DNA of 61,795 nucleotides, counting the filler, from Hausera hauseri (taxonomy: Eukaryota): NCBI GenBank assembly GCA_046269625.1. It is 10 parts of 10 records of this genome, joined end to end, with 100 filler letters (N's around TTAATTAATTAA, not from the genome) between each part and the next. Parts side by side here need not be neighbours in the genome. Positions count along the whole stretch, not along the records: positions 23,786 to 27,854 come from JBJURY010781979.1; positions 27,955 to 33,081 come from JBJURY010326828.1; positions 33,182 to 37,746 come from JBJURY010525569.1; positions 37,847 to 43,520 come from JBJURY010209078.1; 6 more parts are not named here. One strand, 5' to 3'. This document shows positions 25,151 to 38,299 of this stretch, one piece after another. The notes below the pieces were generated by a model. It saw nothing but the letters and a program-made list of their open reading frames with translations, was not told the origin of the DNA and searched no databases. Every line of letters begins with the position of its first letter. Position 1 is the stretch's first letter. Position numbers and translations under genes: made by a program.

Positions 25151-27745
25151 ATGTCAAATGTAAGTTTTTTACTCATGTTTGAATATTTTTATTACTTTTT
25201 TTAGAAATGTCAACTTTACAAATACTGCACTTCTAAAGTGCATAATGAAGAAATTCTTCAATGAACAATCAACTAGTGCAGTAGTACAAACAGGAGGCAG
25301 AAAGCGACCTGGTGTCGCTTTGATCGGGGCAGTTAAACAGAGAAGGCAGAGACATCCTGATGGCGATGCTTTTAAAAGTAGGATGCGAAAATTTGTACTA
25401 CCTGCAACAGGACAAAATACATTGCAGGATTTTCTGGATTCTATTTTTATTGAATCAGTCGGAATATTGGAAGACAATCGGAGGGAGTTGAAATCTATCA
25501 AAGTTAATTTAATGTTAGAAGCTATATATACGGACATAGATGGAGAGGAAGCAAAAAGAGCATTTAAAACAAAAAACAAGCCAGTTTTGGAACAAAATAA
25601 TATTAGTGCATTTTTGAATAATGAGTTCAGACACCTTATACATGAAGCAGAAGAAAGTCAAGAAAAAACAGCGGTTGGACACTTTCAGTCATTAAAAATT
25701 TAAACATTCGGATACATAAATATTCTCCATGGAGAGGAAGTTCTTACATTAAGCTACCTGGCTGGTTTGAAAATAAAAAGGCATGCGTTAATGTTAAGAA
25801 CCGTGATCAATTTTGTTTCAAATATTCAATTTTGTCAACATATATAAATCGGAATGCTTAAAGGGAGGAATTATACAGAGATCTTCAGCATGGCTACGAT
25901 TTCTCATCTATCAGCTTTTCACCATCATTTCTTGATATTGAGAAATTTGAGAAAATCTATTCAATTTCAATTAATATATTTACAATTGACGAATCACAGA
26001 AAATTTATTCTCCCATAGTATGTAAATATAAGAAAAACACATAATAGGGACATGCTTCTCTTAAACGAAGGGGACAGTAATCATTAAGTATGGATCAAAA
26101 GCCTTTCACAACTCGTCTCCAAACAAATCTTCAACATCCTTGGAAATATTAAACTGCATAAAAGATGTCTGACACATTTTCAAGATGATGTGGATCAAAT
26201 GCAAATACAAGATTACAATGTGTATTGCAATAAAAAGGAATGCTTACTGGTGGATTTTTCAAACGAAATTTACATTATGTTTAAGGAGTATGAAGAAATG
26301 CTCAGAGTACCAATTGTCATTTATTTTGACTTTGAAGCAATATTTTATCCGACACAGGCATGTTATCAAAATTCTTAACAGTCCCATATCAATTCATGAG
26401 CTGCCTTCATTTTGCATGCATGCAAAATGATTTGATGAAAATCTTTTTATGTACAGGGGCCCAGGAACGGCTTTTTTATTTATGTACAGATTGGAGAATA
26501 GCCAACACAGTTCCAAATATGACGCCAAGACGCATGTTTATTACGCTGGCCGAAGAAGCGGAATGGAAAAATGCCACAAATTGTTATTCATGCAGTAACG
26601 GCTTTACATTAGACAAGCACAAAGTCAGGGACCATTATCATATCATACACTATTTCAGAGGAGCAGCATGCAATTCATACAATTTGCGATGTCGAACAAT
26701 CAAATTTATTCCTGTTGTTTTTCACAATTTAAGTGGGTATGATTCCCATTTCCTTAATAAAGAATTAAGTAAAGCTGCCGGAAAGATTGATGTCATCCCT
26801 AACGGTGAAGAGAAATATCTAACAATAAAAAAACACGTCGAGAAAATAAGTCTCAGATTTACTGACAGCTTCAAGTGTATGAATGCGTCACTTGACAGCC
26901 AAAAATCTTCCAGCGGATGATTTAAAAAAACAAGAAATTTTTTCGCTTCAGCACTTTACGATTATATTACATCATGGGACAAATTAGACGAAAACTCTCT
27001 TACAGCTCATTATCAAATTTAGGAATTAGTATAATCATTATAATTATGAACAAAATATATGGCAGGCTTCCGATTGTAAAACGATTAATGATTACAACGA
27101 TACATATCCTAAAACTGATGTTGTACTACTCGCCGACATATTCGAGAGCTTCAAGGATGTTACCATGGAAAATCATAAAATGGATCTGGTACATTTCTTT
27201 ACTGTTTCGGGAATGTCATGGGCGGCAATGCTAAGATATACTAGAGTGAAATTGCAGATACTCAAGGACTACGACATGATAATGATGATTGGAAGGGGGA
27301 TTCGGGGTAGTCCATCGGTATGCAGAGACAAACAATACTTATATGTTAAATTATGATGAAACAAAACCATCTTCTTTTATCACATATCTGGATGCTTACA
27401 ACTTGAACGGTTGGACAATGAGTCGCAACCATCCATACGATAATTTTAAATGGTAGAACATCCGACAATGCTGACACGGGATATATCTTTGAGGTAGATA
27501 TTCACTACGATTGTCTTAAACATGCAGAACATAATCAGTTGTCTTTTCTACAAGAATCAAAAAAATCAGCTGGAGGAAAGTTCAGAAAATTATTAACCCA
27601 TTTAGGTTATATGGAACAATACGTAGTGTATTACATAAATTTGCAGGAGGCTATCCGCAATGGTTTTACTGTCACAAAAGTGAGTAGGGCGTTGCAGTTT
27701 AGTTAATCCAAATGGTTTAGGCCTTATATTCAATTCATTAGATAT
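25151..27745 (+). pseudogene. Protein-primed DNA polymerase B (Polinton/Maverick/adintovirus-type), copy 1, 3' truncated
   Basis: GSSYIKLP; YFDFE; VRDHYH...AACN (EndoVII-like); FHNLSGYDSHF; GMSWAAML. Confidence 0.9.
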
Positions 27746-27954
27746 CTTCAGTAGGCAGAAATGTCCACTCTACCGCACTTCTCTGATTGGTCCGTCGGCC
27801 ACTTTTCCTCACGTAATAGGCTATTCTGAACATTTCACAAAAAATTTCAGATGANNNNNNNNNNNNNNNNNNNNNNNNNNNNNNNNNNNNNNNNNNNNTT
27901 AATTAATTAANNNNNNNNNNNNNNNNNNNNNNNNNNNNNNNNNNNNNNNNNNNN

Positions 27955-30900
27955 GACACAAATTCAACAGGATCATTTATTATATCTGCCCAGGATGTGA
28001 GGCTGTATGTGATGGAGAATACATACAGTTTATGAAGATCACAAACATCATTTGACTGACTTCACATCAAAGTCAAAGAAGATCATCTTTAATGAATATA
28101 AGCCAGTTCCACAGCCTGCAGTACAGCCAGATGCAGAACTAAAACGCGCATCAGTTGCATCAGGCGTAGCGGCTCCATAAAAGAGTCAAAGACAGAGGCA
28201 GTTAATGCTGCAGCATTAAAGAGGAAATGCCACAAATATGTCATTAATGCAACTGGTCAGACAACTATCAAGGAGTTCCTGGAGTACACAGAGGAACAAA
28301 CAATAGGATTCTTCAGGACAACATAGCTGAGCTTAAGGCCATTAAGGCTAATATGAAACTTGGGGCCACATACGTCAATGTTGATGGCGAAGAATTTAAA
28401 ATGGCCTTCAAGACCAGAAATGGACCCATTATTGAAACCACCAATATAGTAGAATGGCTGCACGAAGAGCATGCAAGGCTGATCCGTGAAGCCTATGAGA
28501 CTCTGGCAACCATCAAGATATTGCTTGTGCATGTTCACAAGTACACTCCAATGCGGGGTATCTCCTATATTTAGCTTCCGGAATGGATCGCTAATAAACA
28601 GGCATATGTCAATGTCCTTAATGATGACAACAAATGTTTCATGTATGCCATTTTATGTAAATTCGTACGGGATCAAAAACATTCAGCAGATCGAGTTTGG
28701 CTATATAATGATCAGAAGCACAAATATGCCTTCCAAAGTATTAAGTTCCCACTATCCACAGATGAAGTCAAAAAATTCGGATGAATCAACAATATATCCA
28801 TCAACATAATTAGATTGGATGAAGAGGACAAATTCTATCCCCTGCAGATATGTGATACTGAATTGGAAGATCATAGGAATCTGCTCCTACTAGACGATGA
28901 AGAAAAGAAACATTATGCATGGATCAAGAACTTTGAGCGTCTAGTCAGATCTCAAATTACGAAACACACAACAAGAAGCGAAATATACAAACGATGATTT
29001 TTCTATTTCAGTGGTGATGCAGCAGTGGACAAGCTTGCAGAGCACAAGATGTACTGCAACAACAATTACTCTATGAGGCAAGAATTTCCCAAGGAGAATT
29101 ACATTGAATTCAAGGAGTTCGAGAAAAAGCTCAAGGTCCTAATTGTCGTCTATTGCGACTTCGAATCTATTCTCAGGCCAGTTCAGACATGCACTCCTAG
29201 TCCTCAACATAGCAGCACAATGGCATACCAATATCATGAACTCTCATTATATTGCATGTATGGCAAAGGATTGGACAGTGAACCATTTCTATTCAGAGGT
29301 TTAGGTGCAGCAGCACATTTTATGAAAAAACGGCTTGAAGATATGTCTCATAAGCTTGAAAACATTCTTCAGCAGCATAAAGATACAATGAGCATGTCGT
29401 GAAAACAAACAGAAAAATGGCGCAAGGCAACAACATGCTACTTGTGCTCAAAATTATTCACTAAGAATAATTATAAAGTCAGGGATCATTGCCATTTTAC
29501 AGGTGCATATCGATGTGCAGCATGCAACAACTGCAATCTTCGATGCAAAACATGTACATGTGTTCCTGTAGTGTTCCATAATCTCAGTGGCTATGATTCA
29601 CATTTCATAGTCCGAGAATTAGGCAACATTGAAGGAAACATTGAGGTGATCCGTAATAGTGAGGAGAAGTATATCACATTCACGAAGCATGTTGGGAAAA
29701 TCAGGCTTCGATTCATAGCCAGCTTTCGTTTCATGTCGTTTTCACTGGATAGTTTAATGAAGAACCTCCCTGCAGAAGAACTCAAGGAGACGAAGCGATT
29801 CTTCCCCACTACCTTTGACCTCGTCAAGAGGAAAGGCGTATTTCCCTATGACTACATAACTTTATGGGAAACACTGGACGAGATCTCATTGCCGGACAAG
29901 AAGGACTTTTGCAATATCCTCTCTGATTGCGATATCAGTGATTCTGACTACCAGCATGCCCAGAATGTCTGGCATGCATTCCAATGCCGAACAATAGGGG
30001 AATACAGCGACATATACCTTAAGATGGACGTGCTGCTGCTGACAGATGTATTTGACAGCTTTAGGGATGTTACAATGAAAAGCCATGCATTGGATCCGAC
30101 TCATTTCTTTACGGCTCCAGGGATGAGCTGGGCAGCAATGCTGCGCTATACTGGTATTAAGCTGCAGATCATCAAGGATTACGACATGATCCTTATAATC
30201 GAGAGAGACATTAGAGGCGGAATTTGCCAGGCCATTCACCGGTATAGCGAGGCCAACAACAAGTATATGGCCGAATACGACTCATACAAGGAATCCAAAT
30301 ATATATCATGCCTGGATGCCAACAACTTGTATGAATGGGCAATGAGCGTCGCATTGCCATATGATAACTTCAAATGGGTCGAGAATCCTGAAAATATCCC
30401 TATATTGGACTTGGATCCCGCTGGATATACGGAATACATACTGGAGGTGGATATGAAATCTCCGGTTTCCATCCACACAAGGTATCAACAGCTGCCTTTC
30501 CTCCCTGAGAGCAGGCCTCGCCCCATGGCAAGCAGAGACAGTTTCTGTGTCATCTGGGTAATAGGGAGAGGTGTGTAGTCCAATATATCAATCTCCAGCA
30601 GACGGTTAGACATGGACTTCGTATTACTAAGACCATAGAGCCCTACAGATCTCAATACGAAGCTGCGGACTAATGTCAAGAGCGGCTTTGAGAAGGATCA
30701 ATTCAAGTTTTACAACAACTCAGTCTTTGGCAAGACCATGGAGAATATCTGCAACAGTATCAACATCGAATTGGTCTCTGAGTGGAAGCGGGCAACAAAG
30801 CTCATTGCCAAGCCCAACTTCCACAGCAGCACCATATATGCTGAGAATTTGGTCAGCATCCATATGATGAAAACAGCTTTGGTATTCAACAGACCAATAT

Positions 30901-31467
30901 ACGTGGGTATGACTATATTGAATCTGTAAAAGATTAATGTATCATTTCCACTACGATATAATTGTCCCCAAGTTCAAATGTGTGTAGCTGATGTATATGG
31001 ATACTGATAGTTTCATCTATCAGATCCATACAGACGATATTTATGAGGACTTTGCCCAGTTGGCCCAACATATGGATACCTCGGACTATCCGAAGGATCA
31101 TCCCAACTATTCAATTGCCAATAAGAAAGTCCAAGGGAAATTTAAAGTCGAGGTGAATGGGGAAATCATCTCGAGATTTGTAGCTCTGAGATCCAAAATG
31201 TATGCTCTAGACATATGTGGTCAGATCAAAAAGAGGACCAAGGGCGTTCAAAAGGCTACATTGGCCAAGAAGATTGGTTTCTATAACTACGTGAAAGTTC
31301 TGCAGGAGCAGACACACATCATATCAGAGATGCGAAGGATCCAGTCTTGGGATCATAACATCCATACAGTAACACTGCATAAGAAAAGCCTAGATTGGAT
31401 GGATGACAGGAGGCAGATCCTGAGCGATGGAATCCACACACAACCTCACGGACATGTGGCATTGTAA
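27955..31467 (+). pseudogene. pPolB copy 2, near full length
   Basis: YCDFE; VRDHCHFTGAYRCAACNNCNL; FHNLSGYDSHF; RKGVFPYDY; DANNLY; NSVFGKTMEN; YMDTDS; GKFK..LRSKMY; DDRR...PHGH. Confidence 0.95.
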
Positions 31468-31609
31468 ATATTGTTATTCATTGTTGTTCATTGTTTAATA
31501 AATGTTGTATAGAAATATCGTGGGATATAGGATAAGGCCGAGTAAAACTAAGTAACTACTATATAGGTTAAAACCAACTAATTTTGTAACACATTTATTT
31601 AGTAACAGT

Positions 31610-31920
31610 ATAACTTTGATTTAACGCTAAATACTTTTTAGTGTGTGTGTGTGTGCTAATCTGTGCTTGAAAAATGTAAGTAACCTGAGAAAAGATATAT
31701 CCCAGATATATGTCAGTATGCTTGTGCATGTAAAATGTAAGTAACGTAAGAAATGAATGATTAAGATATATGTTGTGTGCATGTCTGTGCATGTAAAGTG
31801 CAACTAACCTGCAAAAAGGTATATCTCAGGTATATGTCAGTGTGTGTGTGTGAATGTGAATGTATGTGCATGTAAAGTGCAATTAATGTGAGAAAAGGTA
31901 CATCTCAGGTATATGTCAGT
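31610..31920. repeat. Imperfect tandem repeat downstream of pPolB copy 2
   Basis: Recurring TGTGCATGTAAAGTGCAA and (C/T)CAG(A/G)TATATGTCAGT blocks at roughly 90-130 bp spacing. Confidence 0.7.
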
Positions 31921-33081
31921 GTGAGGAGGAATTTAAACGAATATAAATGTTTAAATTTAATTCAAAGTCAAATCAATAAATAACCAATACAAAGTCAAGA
32001 AATTCAAAAAAGGATGAATATAAGACTCATTTAATGAGGGAAGGAGGTAACTGTTATACAAACTTGTATAATAAATTTCTAATGCATAATTCAATCTTAC
32101 AATCATAGAATGAATTTGAGGTCGGAATGGTAGAAACGCAATCTACAAACATGGCGAACCATGCTTAAAGAGAATTCTTCGAGAAGAAAATGATGCCAAA
32201 AGAGTTCCAGAAAGGTGACAACGTGGAAACTTTTATTGGAAAATGTGACAGATACTCCGACTTCATAAAGATGTCCGAGTCGGATCGGGAAACCGCGGAC
32301 GAAGAACAGGAAAAATACCAACTGTTGAGTCACATGATGAAAGATTACCAAAATCGGTTGAGAAAAGCCTTTGCATAACCCACAGCGCTGTGCGACGATC
32401 TGCGCGAGACACTGGACTACCGAATGAATAACAGCGGAAACTCTAACAGAGGAATTGACGATCCATTGTTGTGAAGACCTAAATATGAGAAAAGAAATAT
32501 ACTGCAGTGACGGAAAAAGCGTAGAACAAAATACAGAAAGTTCACGAAGTGGCAACAAAGACGGAAGAAATAAATGCCGTCAGAGAATACAATAAAATTG
32601 GTCGACGGAGTTATCGGGATGTGGTTGCGCACAGATTTGACAAACCAAGGCAATAAAGGAGGAATTTTAAACTGCACAATACACAGGCAAAGAAAATGAT
32701 GAAATGGTGGTCGTGCGGAAAGATGGGCATACAAGCCGGATATGCAACTTGAAACAAGCACAAAGATGTTTTGGTTATGGGAAAGAAGGACACATTAACA
32801 GGAATTGCCCAGAAAGGAAATCCATAATATGCTATGGGTGCGGTCAGCAAAAACATAAGACGAAATTGTATAAACATAAAATGCAACAGATGTCACAATA
32901 GAGGCGCAGAGAAGAAGAATGCTATACAGAATAGGATAAGAGCAGAAGAGGACAAAACAGGTATATCGACAATTTCACAGAGTCCAAAAACCCAAAAGGC
33001 AGATCCTCGACAGAAGTGGAGCTAGTCGGGGCATTACATTAAACAACTCCAAAGGCTCCCAAAATATTCAAAGGAATGGAC
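31920..33081 (+). mobile_element. gag: Decayed LTR retrotransposon 5' end: putative LTR (about 31920-32151), TGGCG PBS-like site, gag with several CCHC knuckles
   Basis: GDNVETFIGKCDRY; KDGHTSRIC, CFGYGKEGHINRNC, CYGCGQQKH, CNRCHNRG. Confidence 0.65.
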
Positions 33082-33669
33082 NNNNNNNNNNNNNNNNNNN
33101 NNNNNNNNNNNNNNNNNNNNNNNNNTTAATTAATTAANNNNNNNNNNNNNNNNNNNNNNNNNNNNNNNNNNNNNNNNNNNNATATACTATTTATACATTG
33201 TTGATCAAACAAGGCACATGCAACAAATGCCTATCGGACGCAGCGTCATCATAAATTGACGTGGGAAGAATCTAATACGCAGTTATGTAGACATTGTCTC
33301 ATGCGAGACATTGAAACTACATGTGATATATACATGAATTTCATATGTTCATATGATATACATGAACATATACGTCAAGGATCATGTTGGTGGGCGAAAG
33401 ATATTTAACAGTACATTTCCAGAATTACGAATATGTGCATATGAATGTGGTAAATTAGTATATATACCGAAAAACGTTACATGTATTTATTGTGAACATG
33501 CCTTCACATTGTGCTTATAAAATGTGTTTAGCGTTATGTAAAAGTTATGTTTCTAAAACGTAAATGTGTTATGAAATACTTGTTTTATATGTAAGACAAA
33601 AATACAGTAAAAACATTATAGTTGAATCACTGTCATATTCATTGTCTGTGTCGGGTCTTTATTAGACAT

Positions 33670-33812
33670 CCTACCCATGATATGTATAATGGGCAGGACA
33701 TTTTGAGGCATAACCATTTTTGTAAGAAGGCCACAGAAATTGTGTTACAAGTTGCCAGGCGCATAGTTTTATCGTTCATTTCTTCCAGGCATATTGGTCA
33801 CGTTTTATACAT
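33670..33812 (-). pseudogene. Small RING-finger gene downstream of pPolB copy 3
   Basis: MYKT*PICLEEM...TC-HNFC...LQKWL...SCPL, with one stop and frameshifts. Confidence 0.6.
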
Positions 33813-34072
33813 CTTGATTTTAAAATAATGACAGATTAATACAAGTAATGGCACACTATATTGATTTTTAATTTGAACTTCACATTGATTGCTTTGTTGA
33901 TTAATATATTTACTTGTCTTATACAGTTTTACTTGGACTTATCCTACATCGCACATTACTTGATCAAGAAGGCAACACGATATTTAAAATAAGATTTATT
34001 AACACAACAATACAACAAAGATATAACAAGAACAATACAACAAATATATAACAAGAACAATAACAAAGATAT

Positions 34073-36605
34073 TTACATTATGTCGGTAATTGATATATGT
34101 CCATGAAGCAGTGTGCATATCCCATTGTCTAAGATGCGTCTTTTGTCATTCATCTAATCTAGGCTCTTCTGCAGCGCTACTGTTTCTATGTTATGAGCTC
34201 TAGATAGGATCCTTCGCATTTCTCGTATTATATAGGTCTGATCGTGCAGAACTCAGTCAGAGGAGCTGATTTTCTTTATCAAGGTAGCTCTTTGAACACT
34301 TTTGCCCTCTTCTTTACTTGGCCACATATATCAATGGCGTACATTTTTGATCTTAACGCCACAAATCTTAAGATGATTGCCCCATTCACCTCATCTTTGA
34401 ATTTCCTAAAGACCTTTTTGTTCTTTATATAGAAGTTCTTATGATTTTTTGGATAGTCAGACGTATCCATATGCTCTGCCAACTGAACAAAGTCGTCATG
34501 TCTTCTGTGTGGATCTGATATATGAAACTGTCAGTATCCATATACATAAGCTGAAGAGACTTGAATGTGGGGACCACGATGTCTTAGTGGAAATGGTACG
34601 TCAAGACCTTTGACAAACTTAATATTGACATACCCACATACTGGCTTGTTGAATTCGAGATGCCTTGATCATATAGATGCTGTCTAAGTTCTCTGTATAC
34701 ATCGTACTGCTGTGGAAGTTCGGCTTGGCAATTAGTTTTTGGCTCGCTTCCACTTACATACTAATTCGATGTTGATCCTATTCCGGATGTTCTTTATCGT
34801 CTTGCCAAAAACGCTGTTGTTGTATAAATTAAACTGACCTTTCTCGAAAACGTTCTTGACATTGTCCCGCAGCGGCGTATTGAGGTATATATAAAGTTTC
34901 AGATTCATGGACTGGGAGGACTGCAGGGCCCGATGGATCTTCGTAATGCGGAGTCCATTTCTGATAGCCTACTGGAGATTGATGTACTGGGATACATACC
35001 TCGCCCTGTTCTCCAGATGGTAGAGCAGATTTCTATGTTTACCATTAGGTGGCAGCTTGGAATAAAGGCCGTCCATGCCTCGTATGGATATTATGTGGAC
35101 ATTCCACATTCACTGCCAGTATGTATCCCGTATCTCCATTGGGATCTACATATCGTATTGCTTAGTCTTCCGGATGATCTACCCATTTAAAGTCATCATA
35201 CGGCAATGCGGCATTCATTGCCCATCCGCATAAGTTGTTGGCATCCCGGTAGGTGATATATGAGGATCCAAGTAACTAGTATAGGATGCCTGGGATGGAT
35301 CATATTTGGCCATGTACGTGTTATTGGCCTCACTATACCGGTGAATGACCTATTATATTCCTCCCATAATGCCTCTCTAGATCACGAGATCATATTATAA
35401 TCCTTTAAGATCTGCTGTCTAATACCGGTATATCTCAGCATTGCTGCCCAACACATTCCTGGAGCTCTGATGAAATGAACCGGATCAAGCCTGTGGCTTG
35501 AAAGTGTGACATCTCAGAAGCTTTAAAAGATATCTGTCAGTAGCAGCACATCGGTTTGGAGATATATGCCACTACATTCTCCTATTATCCTACATTTGAA
35601 TGCTTCCCAGACCTTTTGTGCGTGTTGATATTCCGCATCGCTGATATCACTGCCTCAAAGCTGACTGTAAATTTTAGTCGGCAATGATGTTTCTTCTAGT
35701 GTTCCTCGTGATGTAATGTAATCATAGAGAAACACTCCTTTCCTCTTGACAAAGTCAAATGTAGTAGGAAAGAACCGCTTTGTTGCCTTACGTTCTTCTC
35801 ATGGAAGGTTCTTCACGAGGCTGTCAAGCAAAGACATGAACCGGAAACTTTCTATAAAGCGGAGTTTGACTTTTCTGACATGCTTCGTAAGGGTGACATA
35901 TTTCTCCTCACTGTTGGGAATCCCATCGATGTTACCTTCAATGTTTCCAAATTCTCGGATTTTGAAATGGGAATCATAGCTACTGAGATTGGGAAATACT
36001 ACAGGCATAAATGCCAGTGTTCTGCAAGGTAGATTGCAATTGTTGCAGGCTGCGCCTCGACATTTGCGTGTAAAGTGGCAATGATACCTGACTTTATAAT
36101 TCTCCTTAGTGAATGATTTGGAGCACAAGTAGCATATTGTTGCCTTGTGCCATTCTTTTTGTTCCTTCTTGGACATGGTCATTGTATACAATTCCTTGTG
36201 TTGTTGTAACATAACTTCAGTTCTATGAAATGTCTTCTAATCTCTTCATAACATGTGTTGCTGCATTTGGACCTCTGGATAAAAATGGATCCTTGTGCAG
36301 TCCTTTTGTATACATACAATATGGTATGCTGTTGTGCTGCTAAATTGTAGATTGGGGTTGCAACTCTGAACTAGACTCAAAATTGCTTCAAAGTCGCAAT
36401 AGATGACTATTGGAACTTTGAGTTTCATTTCAAATTCTTTGAATTCTGTACAGTCTTCCTTGGGAAATTCTNNNNNNNNNNCTGCTAGCTTCTCAATAGG
36501 TACATCGTCACCGAAATTGGACAAGCATCTTACAGATTTCAATTCTTCCATGATTTGTTATTTTGGATCTTACTAGACGCTTAAAGTTTTTGATCCAAAT
36601 GAAAT
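34073..36605 (-). pseudogene. pPolB copy 3
   Basis: YCDFE; VRYHCHFT..CRGAACNNCNL; DANNL; YMDTDS; KFKDEVNG..LRSKMY. Confidence 0.92.
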
Positions 36606-37846
36606 GTTACTGGAAAATTTACATTTATTTTGTTTAATAAATCCGTTATATCATTGCCTTTATGCCTTCGAGATTTACCCTTATACACTCGCCTTTTATA
36701 CTCACATACAGAGTTATCACTTTAACATGAGCTTTAGTTGCTTTCTTGTCCCAATTCTCTTCTATTACTATTTTATTTTCCAACCTGAATCCCATAAGAT
36801 ATAATTCATAAATTCTCTTAAATCCCCCAAAACCTTTTACAAATATATAATAATATAAAAACATTTAATTTAATTTTGGAATCACACTTAGTTATTGTTA
36901 ACGTGGTGCTCCTCTGCGGGGGAATTTTTCCACCTTTGAATACTAGCTTCCAAACACACACGCCGATTTTACCATTCATTCCGACAACCCAGCCCGGTCC
37001 GACATTCCGCAAGCAAGAATAATGAAAACAGATAACAACAATAATATTCAAATAACACCGAACTACCTCCATCAGAAACACCCATGGTCTACATAAAGAG
37101 ATGATTCGTCGATGTTCGCATTTAGTTGATTCTTGATATTTTTAACATGCAACATCTTTTTGTTTTTTTTTACAACGAAGCATTTTCTGAACTCGGTAAA
37201 ACGACATTGGACGTATAGTTCCATATACTCGTCTTTCGTTTTGGTACTTTGCACATACAGTTCATCATCGTAAAGTTTTCTAATATCGTCAATTTTACAA
37301 GTCGCGTTTACGTTTTGCGTTCTCTGTGTAACAGCTACTTTCAGCCTCTTATCGTAACTTTCAACTATTAAGACTAAACTGTCAATTTCAGCCTTTGCCC
37401 CTTTATGACTATAGGCGTTTTCACCATCATGCGTAGAATTATCTTCCTTCACTAATTTGGAATGATTCTGTTCATGTTCAACTATTTTCATGTAGCATTT
37501 ATTTAAAACGTATTTGTACGTTTGGGACAGAGCTAGTTTCCCATCGTTATTTCGCCCTTTCTGGCCTCGATTCTTCTCCTTTCTTGGAGAGACTTCATAC
37601 CCATGTCCTCCAAGCTCTCTTGCATCGCTTGATATATATATTTTTCCTCAAGTTGTTTATCACTTTCAGCAAAATTCAAAAGGTTCGAATTTGTCGTTCC
37701 CAGGACTTTTTGGATAATGCATTTAAATTTCATATTTGTAATTTTCNNNNNNNNNNNNNNNNNNNNNNNNNNNNNNNNNNNNNNNNNNNNTTAATTAATT
37801 AANNNNNNNNNNNNNNNNNNNNNNNNNNNNNNNNNNNNNNNNNNNN

Positions 37847-38140
37847 CGATCGAACAACAAGTTCTACATAGTCTTCTTTGGACAAAAAGTATACATTCTC
37901 CAGTTCATTTAGAAATTTGACACAATCTATTTTCCCACTGCATATTTCATTTGTCAGCCGTTTAGTTTCAGCTTCTAAATCTATTTTGTAATTTTAAGTA
38001 TATAGATAATTTGGGAGAACAGAATTAAAATCATACCATTTGTCGTACTATTCCTTGAAACAACGCCATTTTATTTACACACCAATATTTATATCCAACC
38101 ATCACAATTAAAACAAAAAAAATTTGGCACTAAATTCAAC
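37847..38140 (-). repeat. Dispersed repeat with coding-like content, second copy at about 45250-45470 (+)
   Basis: Shared GAAATATGCAGTGGGAAAATAGATTG and GAAGACTATGTAGAA; both translate to EICSGKID. Confidence 0.65.
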
Positions 38141-38299
38141 TTTTTCAAACCACTCCCAATCCACACAGTTCACGCGTTTATGTGTATCCACTTTGTAACT
38201 GTGTCGCCTATCTCGGCCCTATTAAATGTGTATGTGTGTATTGTTTTTTCTACTCCATAACTCATTCACGAACCACTTCGTTTCTTTCCTTCCCTGGGG

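Noticed and set aside
31610-31920. Repeats with variable spacers resembling CRISPR
   Set aside because: Eukaryotic context, degenerate units, spacers are related to each other, no cas genes
36646-37733. Minus-strand ORF pieces upstream of pPolB copy 3
   Set aside because: Possibly a decayed gene, but no recognisable motif to support a call
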